NCBI RefSeq assembly: GCF_006345805.1
Contig: NC_043015.1
Coordinates: 22,382,001 to 22,446,000, forward strand
Length of the DNA stretch: 64,000 bases
Direction of reading: 5' to 3'
Source: Octopus sinensis
Lineage: Eukaryota
Part shown: one piece after another, positions 1 to 14,790 of the stretch
Numbering within the stretch: position 1 is the first letter of the stretch
Layout of the letters: the number at the start of each line of letters is the position of its first letter
Notes under the pieces: generated by a model
Told to the model about the DNA's origin: nothing
The model's input: the letters and a program-made list of their open reading frames with translations, nothing else
The model's database searches: none
Position numbers and translations under genes: made by a program

Positions 1-2176
1 TTTAGTATGGTGACTAACGATATTATTGGTTAGGAGTGATTTACAAGCACATCTAACTATTATTTTTAGCAGGGCCAACGACCACGTGAATACTTTTTTC
101 TTTGGCTCTGATCGTATCATATTTCTAACAAGATAAAGATATTCGGTTATCAGATATACCACACCAAGTGTAGTTCGCCAGAATTCGGTGGTGTGAAATA
201 GATATATTCAGAACAATGCCGTACAATAAAATATTACATCAACAGCAAGCGCGCTATGCAAACAGCAACTCAAATAATACAAAAATATCTTTCGAATCTG
301 CATCGTAAAATAATCAGGTATATATAGCAATATACCCCGAGCTTTAAAATACTCCAAGCAATCCTTTATATATCGGACAATACCTAAGATTTTCGATACT
401 TTAATTTAGTAAATACCGGGAGAAGCTACCATATAATGCCAGAAAATTACCTGCGAAAGTTACGTATTCCATACTAATATCACGAACCCGGCCAAAAGCA
501 CGACTTTCTGTAATCCTTTGGAGGTATAAACTGAATTTCATATCACATCTTGTTGCATATAAATATGATTCTATACAAAATAACTGCAATAACGCTATTA
601 CTTCTATTCCCTAAATAGGACTGCAAGGCAAAATTCAGCCTACCGTGAAAGAAATCAGGTAAAAACTGGAATTTTTGTGAGTTTGTCTATAAAAGTTGCA
701 CTGTCATGCATGCAATAAAAATAAAGAAAAAATCAGAGAAAACGGAAATAAGATATTTGCAGTAAATCAGTAACAGCAATATAAATGGAATCTCCTGAGA
801 CAACGTCGATATACCAAAAGCTGGAAATAACAGCTAAACATCTCTGATATCTCATGGACAATAAAATTTAAAATTATTAACTATGTAATAATATAAAATA
901 ATATACATATATATAATATAAATATATCAAAAATATAAAATAATAAATATATATTGTGCAATTTAATCTGAGTCAGTCTATAAGTAAAAGGACGGGATGC
1001 TGACGGCTTCCATGCGTTTCGATATATATCACCATAATTATATTTGCCATTGGAGTACACTTGGACAAAAACGTACAATATTTATATCATGTATACTTAA
1101 AAATATGGCTTAGAAGACATATTCTTATATATTTTATAGGTGTAGGGCACTGATCATTTCAACAGTATTTAAATTCTAACGTAAGTGGTTCAAACTAAAA
1201 ACAAAATTGTATCACAAAATGGTTTTGAACAGCTTCGCCACGTTAAGTTGGAGGGACAAAAAATAAAACCACAATGAAAATCAACAGAACTACATCAACA
1301 TATTTATTGATTAAACAGTGAGTGGTCATGAATTTGGAGAATAACAATCAAGTGGTTGCGATTTCTAGATACACACCCGTTTTAGGAAAGACTTCATGCA
1401 GCACTGGACCAACATGATATAGCAGAGAAATCAACCGCTTTTGACATTCCACTGTTTAAAAAATATGCACAAAAGCATTTGCTGTAATAACGTTGCTCGC
1501 GTTAACGTCTCTATTATCATGAGATATATTCCGTCCTTCATTAAAGTCCTCTCTATGGCGAACTGCTTCAAGTTACTCATTCTCTTTGCATTCAAGTCTG
1601 GAAAAACATCAGATTTGTTAAGGCCAATGATGTTTCTTTTCAGATAAAGCAATTAAATCACTCAATACTAATTATCTAAATTGATATCATATAATTGATC
1701 CGCTACTTGAAAATTTTTGAAAATGTCAAAATCTTGCTTTTATTTCATCTAATTGGAATAAAGTATAATTTTCCTCATATTCCAATCCGACACACGTTTG
1801 ATGGAGCGGTTCTGCCCATTTAGTTAATTTAAATTACAAATTCAACCAAATGTTGACATTCCTATGAAGCATTGTAGAAAGTGTTACATATACTGCATTA
1901 TATCAAAGTGCTTATAAGGTACCTCTTAAGATTTTCAAATAGATTATTCGTTTACGCTTTATGTGCATATGTATGTATGCATGTATGCACGTATGCCTCT
2001 GTCTCTCTATCTAGTCCGTGTGTATCACGTAAGGCTAGGGGTGGAAGCGATGAACTCCCCTCACAAATACTATGCGGACACAGAATAGGTGTCGTTGGCC
2101 AGCTGGAAGAGATGTCTTCATTGGGGCAACACACGTCAGTAGTACTGTCCCTTAAAGGACGCCACACTTGGTTGGC

Positions 2177-2182
<6 letters not shown>

Positions 2183-2262
<80 letters not shown>

Positions 2263-2304
2263 ATATATATATATATATACATACATATATATGCATATAT
2301 GTAT

Positions 2305-2357
<53 letters not shown>

Positions 2358-2378
2358 CATATATATGCATATATGTAT

Positions 2379-2419
<41 letters not shown>

Positions 2420-2424
2420 TATAT
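2183..2424. repeat. Compound (TA)n/(CA)n microsatellite with a duplicated internal unit
   Basis: Long (TA)n runs; ACATACATATATATGCATATATGTATACACACAC occurs twice (about 2279 and 2353). Confidence 0.9.
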
Positions 2425-2549
2425 GAAGGTTGTGTATATGTAAATATATTTGTATACATACGTCTGCATATATAAATAAAAAATATGCTTGTTTATGTGA
2501 GTGTATACATAAATCGAGGAGTGTTAGGATTTATCTATCTACATACAAA

Positions 2550-2580
2550 CTAGCAATACATCCCCTCGTTGCCCGGCTGT
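2550..2580 (-). mobile_element. Helitron-like 3' terminus (GC-rich motif then CTAG|T)
   Basis: Minus strand reads CCGGGCAACGAGGGGATGTATTGCTAG|T, similar to the terminus at 14281; the other end of the element was not located. Confidence 0.5.
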
Positions 2581-3090
2581 CATGACCTACAGCCACATTG
2601 CTTTATTTTTTCCTTTATTATGGGCAGAATCGGCACAGCTGATATATAGTGAATTGGATTACTGGCATAATGGCAGTTATTGTTTGTTTACAGTTGAAGT
2701 GGGGAGGGTAGAACTTGGATGAATTTGCATAAAAGTGCTTCCTGTTCTTAAGAGTGATCACACACTGTATTGATTCATCGTATAAAAATGGTTAATAAGA
2801 TTTTGCCCAGTAATCATGTTTCTGCTAGCTTGCAACTTTGACGAGAGAGTGATATTATCTCTGTCTTTCATTAGAATGCATCGAGACAGTATGTTGTCAC
2901 AAAACTGTTAAAACTTTGCTAACTACATCAATGTGTGACTAAGCCTAGATTAAATTTAATTTTATACAAACTTTGCTGTCATTTATATAGATAATTGCAA
3001 ACATGTTCTGTAAACACAACTTATTTACGTGTGCATTTTCATAAATGTTTCTCTTGCGCGATTACTACAACAAATACGTGCGCACAAAAT

Positions 3091-3432
3091 AGAGATTACG
3101 AATCTTTAGGAATAAAAAAAAAATTTTCTGAGGAATCACGCAAATCTCATTCCCTCCAACCACCCCCTCTGAATGTTTCACTTTTAGCTTTTTAGAAAGC
3201 GTGGAATTTTTCCAGATATAATGTCGTTTACCTGCTGTTTCTAACATGCCGGCTTTTCTGGTGATTGTCTCATATATATTACGTCTGCTATTTTAGTAGC
3301 ATTCCACGCATGCGTGAAACATCAGGCGAAAGTGAAGCATTCTAAGTTTTTAGTTTTATGAAAGTAGGGAGGTGATTGGAGGGGCTTTGATTGGTTTAAT
3401 TTTTTTTTTAAATTTCCTAGATCCGTAATCTC
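3091..3432. repeat. Imperfect inverted repeat (arms about 3091-3160 and 3365-3432)
   Basis: GAGATTACGAATCTTTAGGAATAAAAAAAA versus the reverse complement of TTTTTTTTTAAATTTCCTAGATCCGTAATCTC. Confidence 0.55.
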
Positions 3433-6400
3433 CGAATCGTTCTACGTTAAGAATTTATAAATTGTGATGGGGGAGGGAGAAATTAAAATTTAGAAAACGT
3501 GATTTTTGAGTAAAATCATATGCTCCCTATACCGAAACATAGAAAAGAAACCTTTTAAGATAAAAAAAACAGTAACACCGGAAATCAGTGGTGTAAACGT
3601 CGTTTAACTTTGCCCAGATGCGACTAATTCGGGGAAACGTTACATTCATTATTCACACATCGTCACTCTTGTAGTGCAATACTTTGTAACATTGATTCAA
3701 ATTGAAATTGTGAAACTATTTTCACTTTCGTATGAAACCCGATCATTGTAGATCAGTGTTATATATGTAAGTGAGAATAAAGTGTAATTGATATGAATGA
3801 TCTGTTCTTAACATCAGTCGGTAAGAACAGAAGTCATTTGTATCTAATTGGCTCTCCTGTTGCTGGTTCAAAGTGTGGAATATTCGATCTGTGGAATATT
3901 GAAATAATACCCATCTTACCCATTCCACAGAATAAGAACATACTGGAGCGCATCATAAGAGGGATGAATCTATGAGACACGTTAAGGTTGTCACCTAGAA
4001 CACGAATGGGGATAATATCATGAATTTCATAGGGATCGCTTATCATAATGATGGTTATTTCATTAGATGTGGGCTTATTAAAAAGGCAGAAAATGTTTTT
4101 TACTATAGTTTACTATAGACATAATGAACGCGGGAACACACACACACTCACACACACACACACTCACAGAAACATAGACATGCATAGAATTGATAATATT
4201 GAAAACAGCAAAACGTACACACACGAAGTTCAAGTGAAACGAAATGCAGTTGACATAACCCTTTCTGACATAAACCATTTTTTTTTAAGGGAAATATGCC
4301 AGAGTTGGAAAGTTACCAATTTAGCAGAAATTACTATGCATTACCAACGTAACAATGTAGAGAAAGTCAACATTTATTTGGAACATGTACTAAATGTTAT
4401 AAAATTCTGGACTGAATGAATGTCATGGTAAAGAAAGTAAAGCTCCAAGAAAATTCAGAAAACATAATTTAATTTAAGATACAAAAATAATTTATTATTT
4501 TACAATTTTGAAACAAACGCTGAACAATGTGTACACAAAGGAATATATGTTGCTGTTTTGAATGTTAATTAATTTAAAACATTTGCTGAAGGATGTATGT
4601 AACGAGATATAAATTAATTAGACATCAATTGCTATATATTTTAACTGTGTAAGGTAATATGCTGTAGAATAAATGCTGACTAACGCAGTATAGAGGCTGC
4701 ACGGGGTTGAATAACTACACTGATGAAACATCATATCAGGAATATGATAAGGACGCTAGAACTGTTTAAAATGTATTATCTTCGAACTGGTAATAAGGAG
4801 TGGAATAGCATTTCTACAATTATAGTTAAAGAGCCGTTGACGCTTTCTATTACTCCAAGTTTCCGAATTCGTTATTATAACCAGATTAACATTATTTTCT
4901 TCAGATAATTTTGCGAGTTTTATCAGTGCTGTCAAATCAGCCAAATCTTCATGTTGATTATAAAAACCAGAATGATATTTCAGCATACAAGTTGTGATAA
5001 TCGTTAATGTCGTCCAACATGCAACTCTCCATAAACAAAAAGAAAATTTTAAACTGTGGCACTTAATATTGAACACTGTTGATCGTCCAACGTCTAGAAC
5101 GCAACTAAACTAAACACTTTCAAATTCGGCGCGTTTCACTGTTGGGTGTTCATATACCAAGTCAGACACACGGATATACATTGACGCACAACTCGGGTCG
5201 ATCTCTGTTTCTGTCTTTATTTGCGTGTATGTGTGTGCGTGTGTCAGTCTTCACAAAAGTGCATGTATACTGATAGACACATACACCATCACACACATAT
5301 ACTTCTAACTTATCAGCCTAACGTACGTAACGAACACGTGAACACGCTCATTTAGAAAACGTGAGGTTGTAATCATTGTGGCGGTACTATAAAATGTCGT
5401 TTATAAGAGGTGAATAAAAAAAAATTATAATGTTAAATTTTTGCAATGGAAATATATTAATGAAATTTATTCGCTAGCCGAAAGATTACTGAGTCTTTTG
5501 ATACTCCATACGTCAAAATCAGCATCTCAGTTTCCGAATATATAAGGAACACACGCACAAACACAAACTCTCTGTTATATAAATATGTATATGTGTGTGA
5601 ATACATACATATATATATGAGAGAATATGTGTGTATGTGCACAAATACGTATGTACGCATATATTTACACACAGATAAACATAGAGGCAAACATATATAC
5701 AAACAAATAAACGCGCTCGCGCACACACATACTGCTGTAGGAAAAATATTATAGTATGTAATTTATAAAGTATGTCTTTCTAATAAAGTTTTCAATTCCT
5801 TCGTAATAATAGCATCCATCCATAAAGTAAAAGATTCGATTTCTTAAGCCAATTATATTTTATAAATAAATTTTAAATGAAATTAATGGAACCAATGACC
5901 ATTCCACGAATATATATACACTTCCAAATATACAAAATACGTAGAAATTCACAGGAATACACATACAAATATATGCGCACGCATTGTACATAAAACATCA
6001 ATTCCTACAAAATTTCTCTGTTTCTGTTCATATATGCATACTCAATGTACAGGTGTGTGTGCGTGTGAGAGAGAGAGTATATAAAGATACATACGTACGT
6101 ACTTATAGATATATGTTAGATAGCTAGAAAAATACAGATAGATACATATATATATATATATACCTAGATAGATATAAATATGTATGCTTGTATATAATAG
6201 TGTGTGTGCGTGCGTTTGTGCATGTAGACATACACATACAATCGCACATACACAAATATGCCTTATATATATATATATCATCTCGGTGTGTACAACTGTT
6301 TGTTTTGTACGTGATGATTGCATAAACCTAAATAGCTCTTTATGGAATGTTTTGAAAGTTTTTGCAACAACCAGTTCCATAAAACTGTTACATTCTTCCC

Positions 6401-6959
6401 CCATGAATGTGTGTGCGGGTGCATGTGTGTGTGTGTTTGTGTATGTATGTGTGTCTTTCTGTGTGTGTACCTATTATTATTCATGCTTTCCCTCTCGCCG
6501 TATATACGAAATACTTGACAACGTAATATTACCAATCTTTCAAAATTGCTTCCGGCGCATCTATAGATATATGTAACATTTCAATAGTAGACTTTCATTA
6601 AATTCACAAATATTATTCGTCATCTAATAGCAAGTAAATATGCCGCGTATAATTTAATAAACATTTTCCTAATGTGTTGAAATTTTTGGAGAAATACAAT
6701 ACATGTTTCAAAACTTCATTTAACCATTAGCAATTTCGTTTAATATATATTATTTCTTTCTAATATGTATATATTGGTATATATATGTTTGTGTGCGTGT
6801 ATGTGTGTGTGTTTGTGCGTGTGTGTTTTTCTGTGTTTATTTCTATTTACTTAAATGCATTTCAATTTGTTTATTTGTTGTAGACTTTATATCGTTAGGA
6901 GGCATTCTTCGTCATATGTTATCAAATTCGTTTCGCCTGTATAGCATATCTTTTCACTT

Positions 6960-7049
<90 letters not shown>

Positions 7050-7124
7050 CACACACACACACATATGGATACATATACACATATGCGTAACTCTCTAATA
7101 TATTCATAAACAGTTTACTGTATT

Positions 7125-7240
7125 AGAGAGCGGTGCATGCCATCAAAGTGACACTGGGGAAAATATACGAGGTCATATATACCCATCATGACTACCCGTC
7201 TGATAAAGGTACATTAGGCACATGCATCGCAACCATACGT
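7125..7240 (-). mobile_element. Diverged terminal fragment of the element tandemly repeated at 24.7-26.6 kb
   Basis: GCATGCCATCAAAGTGACACTGGGG...ACCCATCATGACTACCCGTCTGATAA matches 24711-24785. Confidence 0.85.
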
Positions 7241-7356
7241 GATGATAAAGTAATTACAGGCTGAGGACTGGAGTGGATCTAATCGACTACCCCCTTTCCC
7301 CGACGTTTGTGGCCTTCCGGCACAATTTGAAACCATCATCATCATCATCATCATCA

Positions 7357-7405
<49 letters not shown>

Positions 7406-7409
7406 TTTT

Positions 7410-8170
7410 CATCGGCATCTTTGGTACAGTCACTTATCAAGACACACCAAGCATCCTGGGGCGAGTGAAGGATAAGGAAAGTTACAATATGACTGAAAGC
7501 CTGAGGAGTGGAGGTAGTGAGATATCTTTATCCAACGTAACACAGACATTATAAATGGATAGGTATTTCCTAAGGAGGTGGGCAATACCTGTCAGCTCAA
7601 TCTTTTTGATTTCTCTAAAACTTGGTTCTCTTGGGATCTTATCTGACATCCCTTTTTTATTATACCAAGAGCACCTACAATAACAGGGACAGTTCGCGTT
7701 TTAGGATGCCACATATTGTAACATTACTTCTAGTTAGGTACAGACGATCATCATCTGAATTTGGGTGGTGCATGTTCTTAGAAGTTGGTAGTTTTCTTCT
7801 CTTCCTGTCCAGGCGTCGAAGATCTGTAAGATTCCAGTTAATGATATTAAAACTATATTGAACTACTGGAAGTACTAGTGCGTTAATGGCCTAGATGCAA
7901 TTTTGGACTTGAGTTCAGTTTTGAGCATGAGTTTTACTCTCTTGTAATTCTCCTTTCTTATTTGTCCTACATAGTAGCATGTTGTATACCATCTCCTTTG
8001 ATTATTCCCGGGTAATTTATAAATTTTTTGTGGGTCAATCTCCTTGATGGTAGTATCGGTGTTTAATTTAATGGAAGCTGTTTACTTGAGCTTGCCTCTT
8101 AAAAAAGTACTTTAGCACACTTATCAAGGCCAAAATCCACCTTGATGTCATTGTTGAACTCTTTAACTCT
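7410..8170 (-). mobile_element. Degraded, internally deleted R4/Dong-like LINE 3' portion
   Basis: Minus-strand peptides NMHHPNSDDRLYL and TRTVPVIVGALGIIKKG...TGIAHLLRKYLSI* parallel MHHPKSDIERLY and TIPIIVGALGMIKK...GTAHILRRTLSIQ of the 17-19 kb element; abuts (TTA)n. Confidence 0.75.
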
Positions 8171-9716
8171 TAATATTTATTGCCAAGTTAACATTGCAGT
8201 CCAGAGAAATAAGAGGAATGCTGGCGTTGATATAAATGCTTGTATATGTGTGTAATCTCATAGATACCTACACAAAAAATGCGCACATTAATTTGCCTTT
8301 AATATGTCAACTATAGAAATCAAATGTATACCAGTCGGAATATCTTTTGGTTTAATTTTGTATCATTTTAAAAATTCTCGCCTAAAATAATGCTATTTTT
8401 CAACCTGCTAAAGCGAATTCAGTTTTATCATTTTAGTGAAAATGTTTCTCTTGATGAATAGAAGCATACATTTTTGATTCATACGTGATAAATATATAAA
8501 TAAGGTTTATTTGTAATGCAGTTAATTCTTTTTTCATGTATTATATATTCATATATTGAATGTTTAATAAATACGAGCACAATAAACTGATCACAAAAAT
8601 TCATGAGTCTTTTTTGCATAATTGTATCAATTTGTGATGCCTCTTAGCTAGTTTCCATGAAAACACGTTCTCCAATTGTTGTTTGTCTTGATACTGAAGA
8701 AAGGAAAATTTTATCAAGAAGTGTGAAAATTGCATCAAATATTTTCATAGTGAAAGAAAAGCATTCGCACCAAGTGGGGAAGGGTTTTCGAAAATATTGT
8801 TTCAGTACATACGGACTGGTATTATCGAAGAAGTGTGAGTTATTAAAAGCAAATATCGATGCCTTTCCACAGAAATTTTTAATGGGCGTTTCGATAATGC
8901 TCACAGAAATAAAAATTTACTGATGATTAAAGTTTTATTGACCTTTCAGCGTTAAACATATCGATGAGAAGAGAGTGGTACATTGAGAATTGTCTAAAGA
9001 TGAAGATGGAGAAACTGCAAAGTAGATAAAAGATGTTTGAAGATAAAGGATGAGAAATACGCAATAACTGCTACCTGAATTAGATACCATCATTCTTATT
9101 TCGACACTATCATTCGACACTTTCATTTCATCCGATCTTCATTTTGCTGTAAAGCGTTCCAGTCAAAACAATGTGGTAGTTTACATTTAAGAAAACGTAT
9201 TGTTTAGTATAGGTTATGTTTAAGATGCTGCAATTTAAGTTGTGATGTTTTGATGCAATTTTCAGAAGGTTGAGTTACCATGTTTCAATTGAAGAAAATT
9301 AGCATTTTGAGTCCACTGCATTTTCTATTTCGTAAACTTTGAAAAGTTATCTTGATTAGCGTTCACCATTGAGGCGTAAAAACCATTCCTCAATTCTTTC
9401 TGTAATAGTGCATTCTCCATGCACAACAGGAATGATTCGAGCGGACATGGTAAGTTTCGAACCGTTACTAAAAGCGAAGGCTTACGGGTGTTGAAAAGTT
9501 CACGAAGACACTCTAACACAAACTATACAATAAAATACATACAGACGCACACACATGTATATGCAATCGTACACATACACACACATACACGTACAAGTAT
9601 AACATGTACATTTAGATGCCCATATACACATACATATTTACACATATATATATACACATGCCTATGCAAGCGCATATATGCCAATATATTCTTAGTATTA
9701 TATATATATACATATA

Positions 9717-9802
<86 letters not shown>

Positions 9803-9911
9803 GCTCACATAAAACACTTACACATATTCATACATATATAGTAATAGATGTAAAACGAATAGAAAATTCGTGTGCTGCAAGACGTATTTAAGTATTTAGT
9901 AAGTAATTGCA

Positions 9912-10065
9912 AGGCAGCGGCCCAATAGAATCATTAGCACGTCCGATTTTAACTACTGAGTCCAAATACCGCCCAGGTGACATTCCCTTTGATCCTTTCG
10001 GGGTTGATACAATAAGAGCCATTTCGAGGCTAAGTTCGATGTAATCAGGCAGACTTTCCCCCTTT
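9912..10065 (+). mobile_element. Degraded tRNA-derived SINE (family B)
   Basis: GAGTCCAAATACCGCCCAGGTGACATTCCCTTTGATCCTTTCGGGGTTGATACAATAAG is homologous to the reverse complement of the copies at 30.1, 45.7 and 55.2 kb. Confidence 0.65.
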
Positions 10066-11480
10066 AGCTACTGGTGAAATGTTTTTAATCATGTCTTTTA
10101 CATTGTGAAATATGTTAACCGAATCAAAGATATTTTAATTTGTTAAATTGGTCATCTTCCTTTGTCGAATAAATCCACATCACGATTTTGTACCTAACAT
10201 TTTTTGACGAGGTTTTCACCACGTGCTTCATTTCATACAACCTCATCATTTAAAAATAATTTTAGTATAGTTTTCTTCAATATTAGCTGAGATACTTCGA
10301 TTCAAAGTCGGTGTTGGGGGCTACTTACCATTTAAAACCACACAGCTTTTTTCCAGCTGATATTTTTTCGCCCTTTTCACTAAGATATTCTTCTCAATGA
10401 GCACATTTTGTTTATTCCAATCAATTTATACCTTTCTTTTAAATTAACTAATGTATTTTGATGCAATGTCAATGTTTCAATTGATTCTCACATTTTTGGC
10501 ATCACATACTTTGACCTATTTTTTAATGACCCACTTATCGGTTACCTGATTTCAAAGTGCAACTGAACACTGGATCATCATTACTAAAATATTGCATTGA
10601 ACTTGGTTGATGAAACACAAAATTGCTCGCGAGTAACTAAAATAATATGTTCACCTATTACCGTTACAGCGGCATGTAATCTCTAGGGATAAATCAAAAA
10701 TATATTCTGCACCACGTCCAAAGGTTTTATCAACAAATTGTTGTTTACAAAAGAACTGTGAAACAGATACAAATAATTATGTATGGCCTCAACAATTTTG
10801 CAATGTCCTGTAGAAGTTTGTAAAAGCTTCCTGTCTTGAAGAATTTGAAAGGAAACCACCGAAGAAATAACTAAAAATATAGAAAACAAAGAACCTGAAC
10901 TAACAAGAACCCATACTGAAATTCATAAACAAGGTGTATAATTGATTCTAATGGATACGGACAAAGAAAATTTATTCGTGATAGGCATGGGATATAAAAT
11001 CAGCAATCATTAACGAAAACAGGGACGGAAAAGTGTAAAGTAGGGAAGTGGAAGGAAAATAGAAATTACTGAAAGCTACATACATGAAATTCATTGATAT
11101 ACAACTAAACAAATACTCAGGTTTAGAGATAGGATATGCGGTTGTGCAGGAAAATGTAAAATTGAAAAAAAAAATGGATAGAAGTTTAAGTGTGTTTACA
11201 ATTGAAGATCATAAATGTAACCTGAGATATTAATAGATTTGGTTCAATACATAGTGACAAATATCTCCTCACTATGTGCTTACTTGTCAAAGAAATGGAA
11301 ATACAGGCACTGCCTAGTATTCATACAGTTTATATATATATATCTATACATGCTTAAAATTGGTTAAAATTCGGTGTAGCGACGACGACGAATAACATTA
11401 CCTCTTTCTGAGTAATACAACCTGAATTGTGAACACGGAATTTCCTTTATCTGGTACAGATTTATATATACATATACATA

Positions 11481-11571
<91 letters not shown>

Positions 11572-11639
11572 GTGTGTGTGTGTGTGGGTGGGTGTGTGGG
11601 TGTGTGGGTGTGAGTGTGTGTGTGTGTGCATGTGTGTGT

Positions 11640-12018
11640 ATAAAGAAAGGAAAACAATTGTAGGTGTAGAATTACTTTACTTCATAATCCAGATTGGTAC
11701 AGATCCAGCAGAAATTCTATAATTGTTTCGAAGTCTAATTAAATCCAAAGAAAAAAACCCCAAAAACTCTACTTGAAATAAAAATTAGATTCTTCGCCAG
11801 GAATTGGTATGAATAATTACGACCAACAAAAATATAAAAATAGCTTTCGTAGCCCAAACAGGATCGAAAAAAATTTAATTTCTATGTCAAGAAGAGTTTT
11901 TCGTTTTTGTCTTTCGAATTAATTAAATTCCGAAACAATCGTAGAATTTGCATTGGATCTGTACCAACCTGGATTATGAATTAAAGATCAACTAAACGAA
12001 CAATTTTTCTCTTATACT
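11640..12018. mobile_element. MITE-like palindromic element with long inverted arms (about 120-150 bp)
   Basis: CTTTACTTCATAATCCAGATTGGTACAGATCC... (11675) is the near reverse complement of ...GGATCTGTACCAACCTGGATTATGAATTAAAG (11986); TA lies at both outer ends. Confidence 0.8.
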
Positions 12019-13410
12019 TCATTTATTGTTTTTGCAAGTTCTAAATATATATAAAATACATACAATACTTGGACTGTACCGGCGGATTTGGATGTTTGAT
12101 ATACCTTTGGAGGATTTCTGTCCTCTCCTGTTTCATATATATATATATATATCAGATCGAGAGACAACGAGACTATAGATAAAAAGTCTAACCCAATGCA
12201 ATTCCATAAAACTTTATTTCGGATTTAAAGGGTGAAATATTTGCTAATTCAAAATTGTTTATACTTTTCCCTACAAGTGGTTAGCTGGTGACCGATTTGA
12301 TGACTTTGCTGATGTCAACAACAGTTAAATGAAATTACATATGGCAATTTTTACAGTTGGTAAAAACTTCAAATAGTTTCTATATTAACTTCAAGAGTAG
12401 CTGCCTCAATCTTAATCTGCAGTGAAATAAAAATTTCCTAAAATATTTTGGAAGAAATATGCAGCAGGCAAGATGTTAGCATCGTATGAGTGTCACAAAT
12501 TTGAAACAACCGTTTTGATTCTCTCACTCCGATATCTAAAATTGTTAGTTCTGCGTTTCATACAAGTTGCATAAAGTAACACACTAGTACAAGACGACAG
12601 ACTCTGATTCTATTCTGATCTCTAATATTTTACAGTTACTTCTAAGTAACTATTAAATTACACATCAATTCAGATTTCAAGGATTGTGGTTATTTTTCAC
12701 TTATTAGTCTTTTTTTTTATTTTTAAATATTAATATGAAAAGCACTAGCATTCGGATGATTATGGTTTTCCCACCAAAAATGCCACGTAGATATCTCTGA
12801 CCACAGAAGCGACGCCGGAAAATACTAGCAGGTTGTAATCACAATTTCTATTTCTCTTTACTTTTTCTTTTCAACGACTCAGTATATCCGAGATAGTTGA
12901 AACTAGATAGTCGCAGCCAGAAATTTTAACTTCAATTCATCTAATATGAAATAATTTATACTATACTTATGTATTGGGTGATTTTCTTATAGTAGTTGAT
13001 AAACACATTATCATAAGTTCGTAACTCTCTATATAAATCAGAAATTTACGATTTGTAAATTTCACAACGCGAGATATTCAGCAACAGTAATTTGGAGTAA
13101 AGATTGTTTGCCAACATGACATGCCTGTCCGAGTTTAGGGAAATAACACGGAAACAGCGATACACATATATTGCTTTGAGGTGAGTGGGGGTGCTAGATT
13201 CCTTGTTCGAAAATATAAGGACAAAGGTCGCATAGCCAGCTGGATACAATGTCTCCTGGGGCTAAATTATAGCAATCTCCATCCTAAACCAGGACTGCCA
13301 TGTTATGTTGGCAGGTAATCTTTACTCTTTCTTACGCTCTCTCTCTCTCTCTCTCTTTGTATATATATATATACATATATATATATGTAGGTTGAGTCGG
13401 GGTTAACCAC

Positions 13411-13456
13411 AGCTTCCTGATGATTTCTTTTGAATGAAACAGTTCTAGTAGAAGCT
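13411..13456 (+). ncRNA. Type I hammerhead ribozyme-like motif
   Basis: AGCTTC-CTGATGA-T TTC TTTT GAA T-GAAA-CAGTTCTAG-TA-GAAGCT: perfect 6-bp stem I, canonical core, short stem II, GUA cleavage triplet. Confidence 0.75.
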
Positions 13457-13464
13457 CCTTCTAT

Positions 13465-13501
<37 letters not shown>

Positions 13502-13670
13502 GTATATATACGCGCGTGTGTGTATCCATGTGCGAATGTTTCTATATGTGTATGTATGTATGTATACATATGTATGCTTGTATATGCATGAATGCATACA
13601 CATAAATATTTTAATATATTTATTATGATCATTGTCATTAATATCATTATTATTATAATTATCATAATAA

Positions 13671-13701
<31 letters not shown>

Positions 13702-14213
13702 TCTATCATTACTATTATTAATATTATTATTTTTTAACGATTACATCGTTAATATACATACTTTCATTTATACGTATACACATACACATTCTTTAACAAA
13801 CACATACCACCTTTCGATACCGTATATCATTAGATATAGAGTGACAGCTATTTTTAAAATTTCACACTGTATGATCCTTAATACTTTCACAATGAATAAT
13901 TGTTGACAAAGTAGATCTTGCTGTATGCTGTATTGATTAAGTAGGTGAGGTGCGATAGGGCAAATAATGAATTGTAGCAATAGCATTAACAAAGGATCGA
14001 TATTATTAGCACTTCACATATCAGCTGTATCATTAAGACAAAAAAAAGGTTGTCTATCTTCTTTGACATTTGACTTCGCTTATTTCACTTTGACATTATG
14101 TGAAGTATAAATGTGCCAAGAAAATAAATATATAACAAATGTAAATATATTTCTTTCCTTTAGTAATGATGATAGCGGTCTTCGTTAATTTTGATACTGA
14201 TGGGCAATAACAA

Positions 14214-14280
<67 letters not shown>

Positions 14281-14281
<1 letters not shown>

Positions 14282-14375
14282 TAGCAGTATCGCCTGGCGT
14301 TGCTCGGGTTTATTTCGATTCTTTGGAATTCGATTGAATAAACAGCCAACTCTCGCGCTCGTATGTATGCACACA

Positions 14376-14422
<47 letters not shown>

Positions 14423-14790
14423 ACACACATACACACACGCACATTCACACACTCACGCTCGCATGCACACACGCATATATTATTTCACAGCAGATAAGTA
14501 ATCTTGATATTTATGTACAGTCGTTATTGTAAATGTTATCATTGAAACTACTGAGTTGTTCCCCTTACAACGTATCTATTTCCGAATGCTGAAATATTTT
14601 AAAGGAATCACTCTTTTTGTCATAGCAACTACATCTTAATAGCTTGTGAATTTTTACCATCCCGGGCTGCATCGTCACCACGCATTTAGTATCCCTGCCA
14701 ATTTTCAGCTCGATCCTAGCACGTCTAGTGCCATTGAATCCTTACCAAAGCCAAAGTGTGTAAGTTTTTTTCCTCTTTTATATAGGTAGA
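14281..14790 (-). mobile_element. Non-autonomous Helitron-like element
   Basis: Minus strand begins A|TCTACCTATATAAAAGAGG and ends CCCGAGCAACGCCAGGCGATACTGCTAG|T (TC...CTAG between A and T, no TSD). Confidence 0.7.

Noticed and set aside
1431-1652. 73-aa ORF and a possible tiny terminal exon
   Set aside because: No convincing motif; expected by chance
4756-5076. 106-aa ORF with a hydrophobic N-terminal stretch
   Set aside because: No ATG start, no recognisable domain and no supporting splice structure
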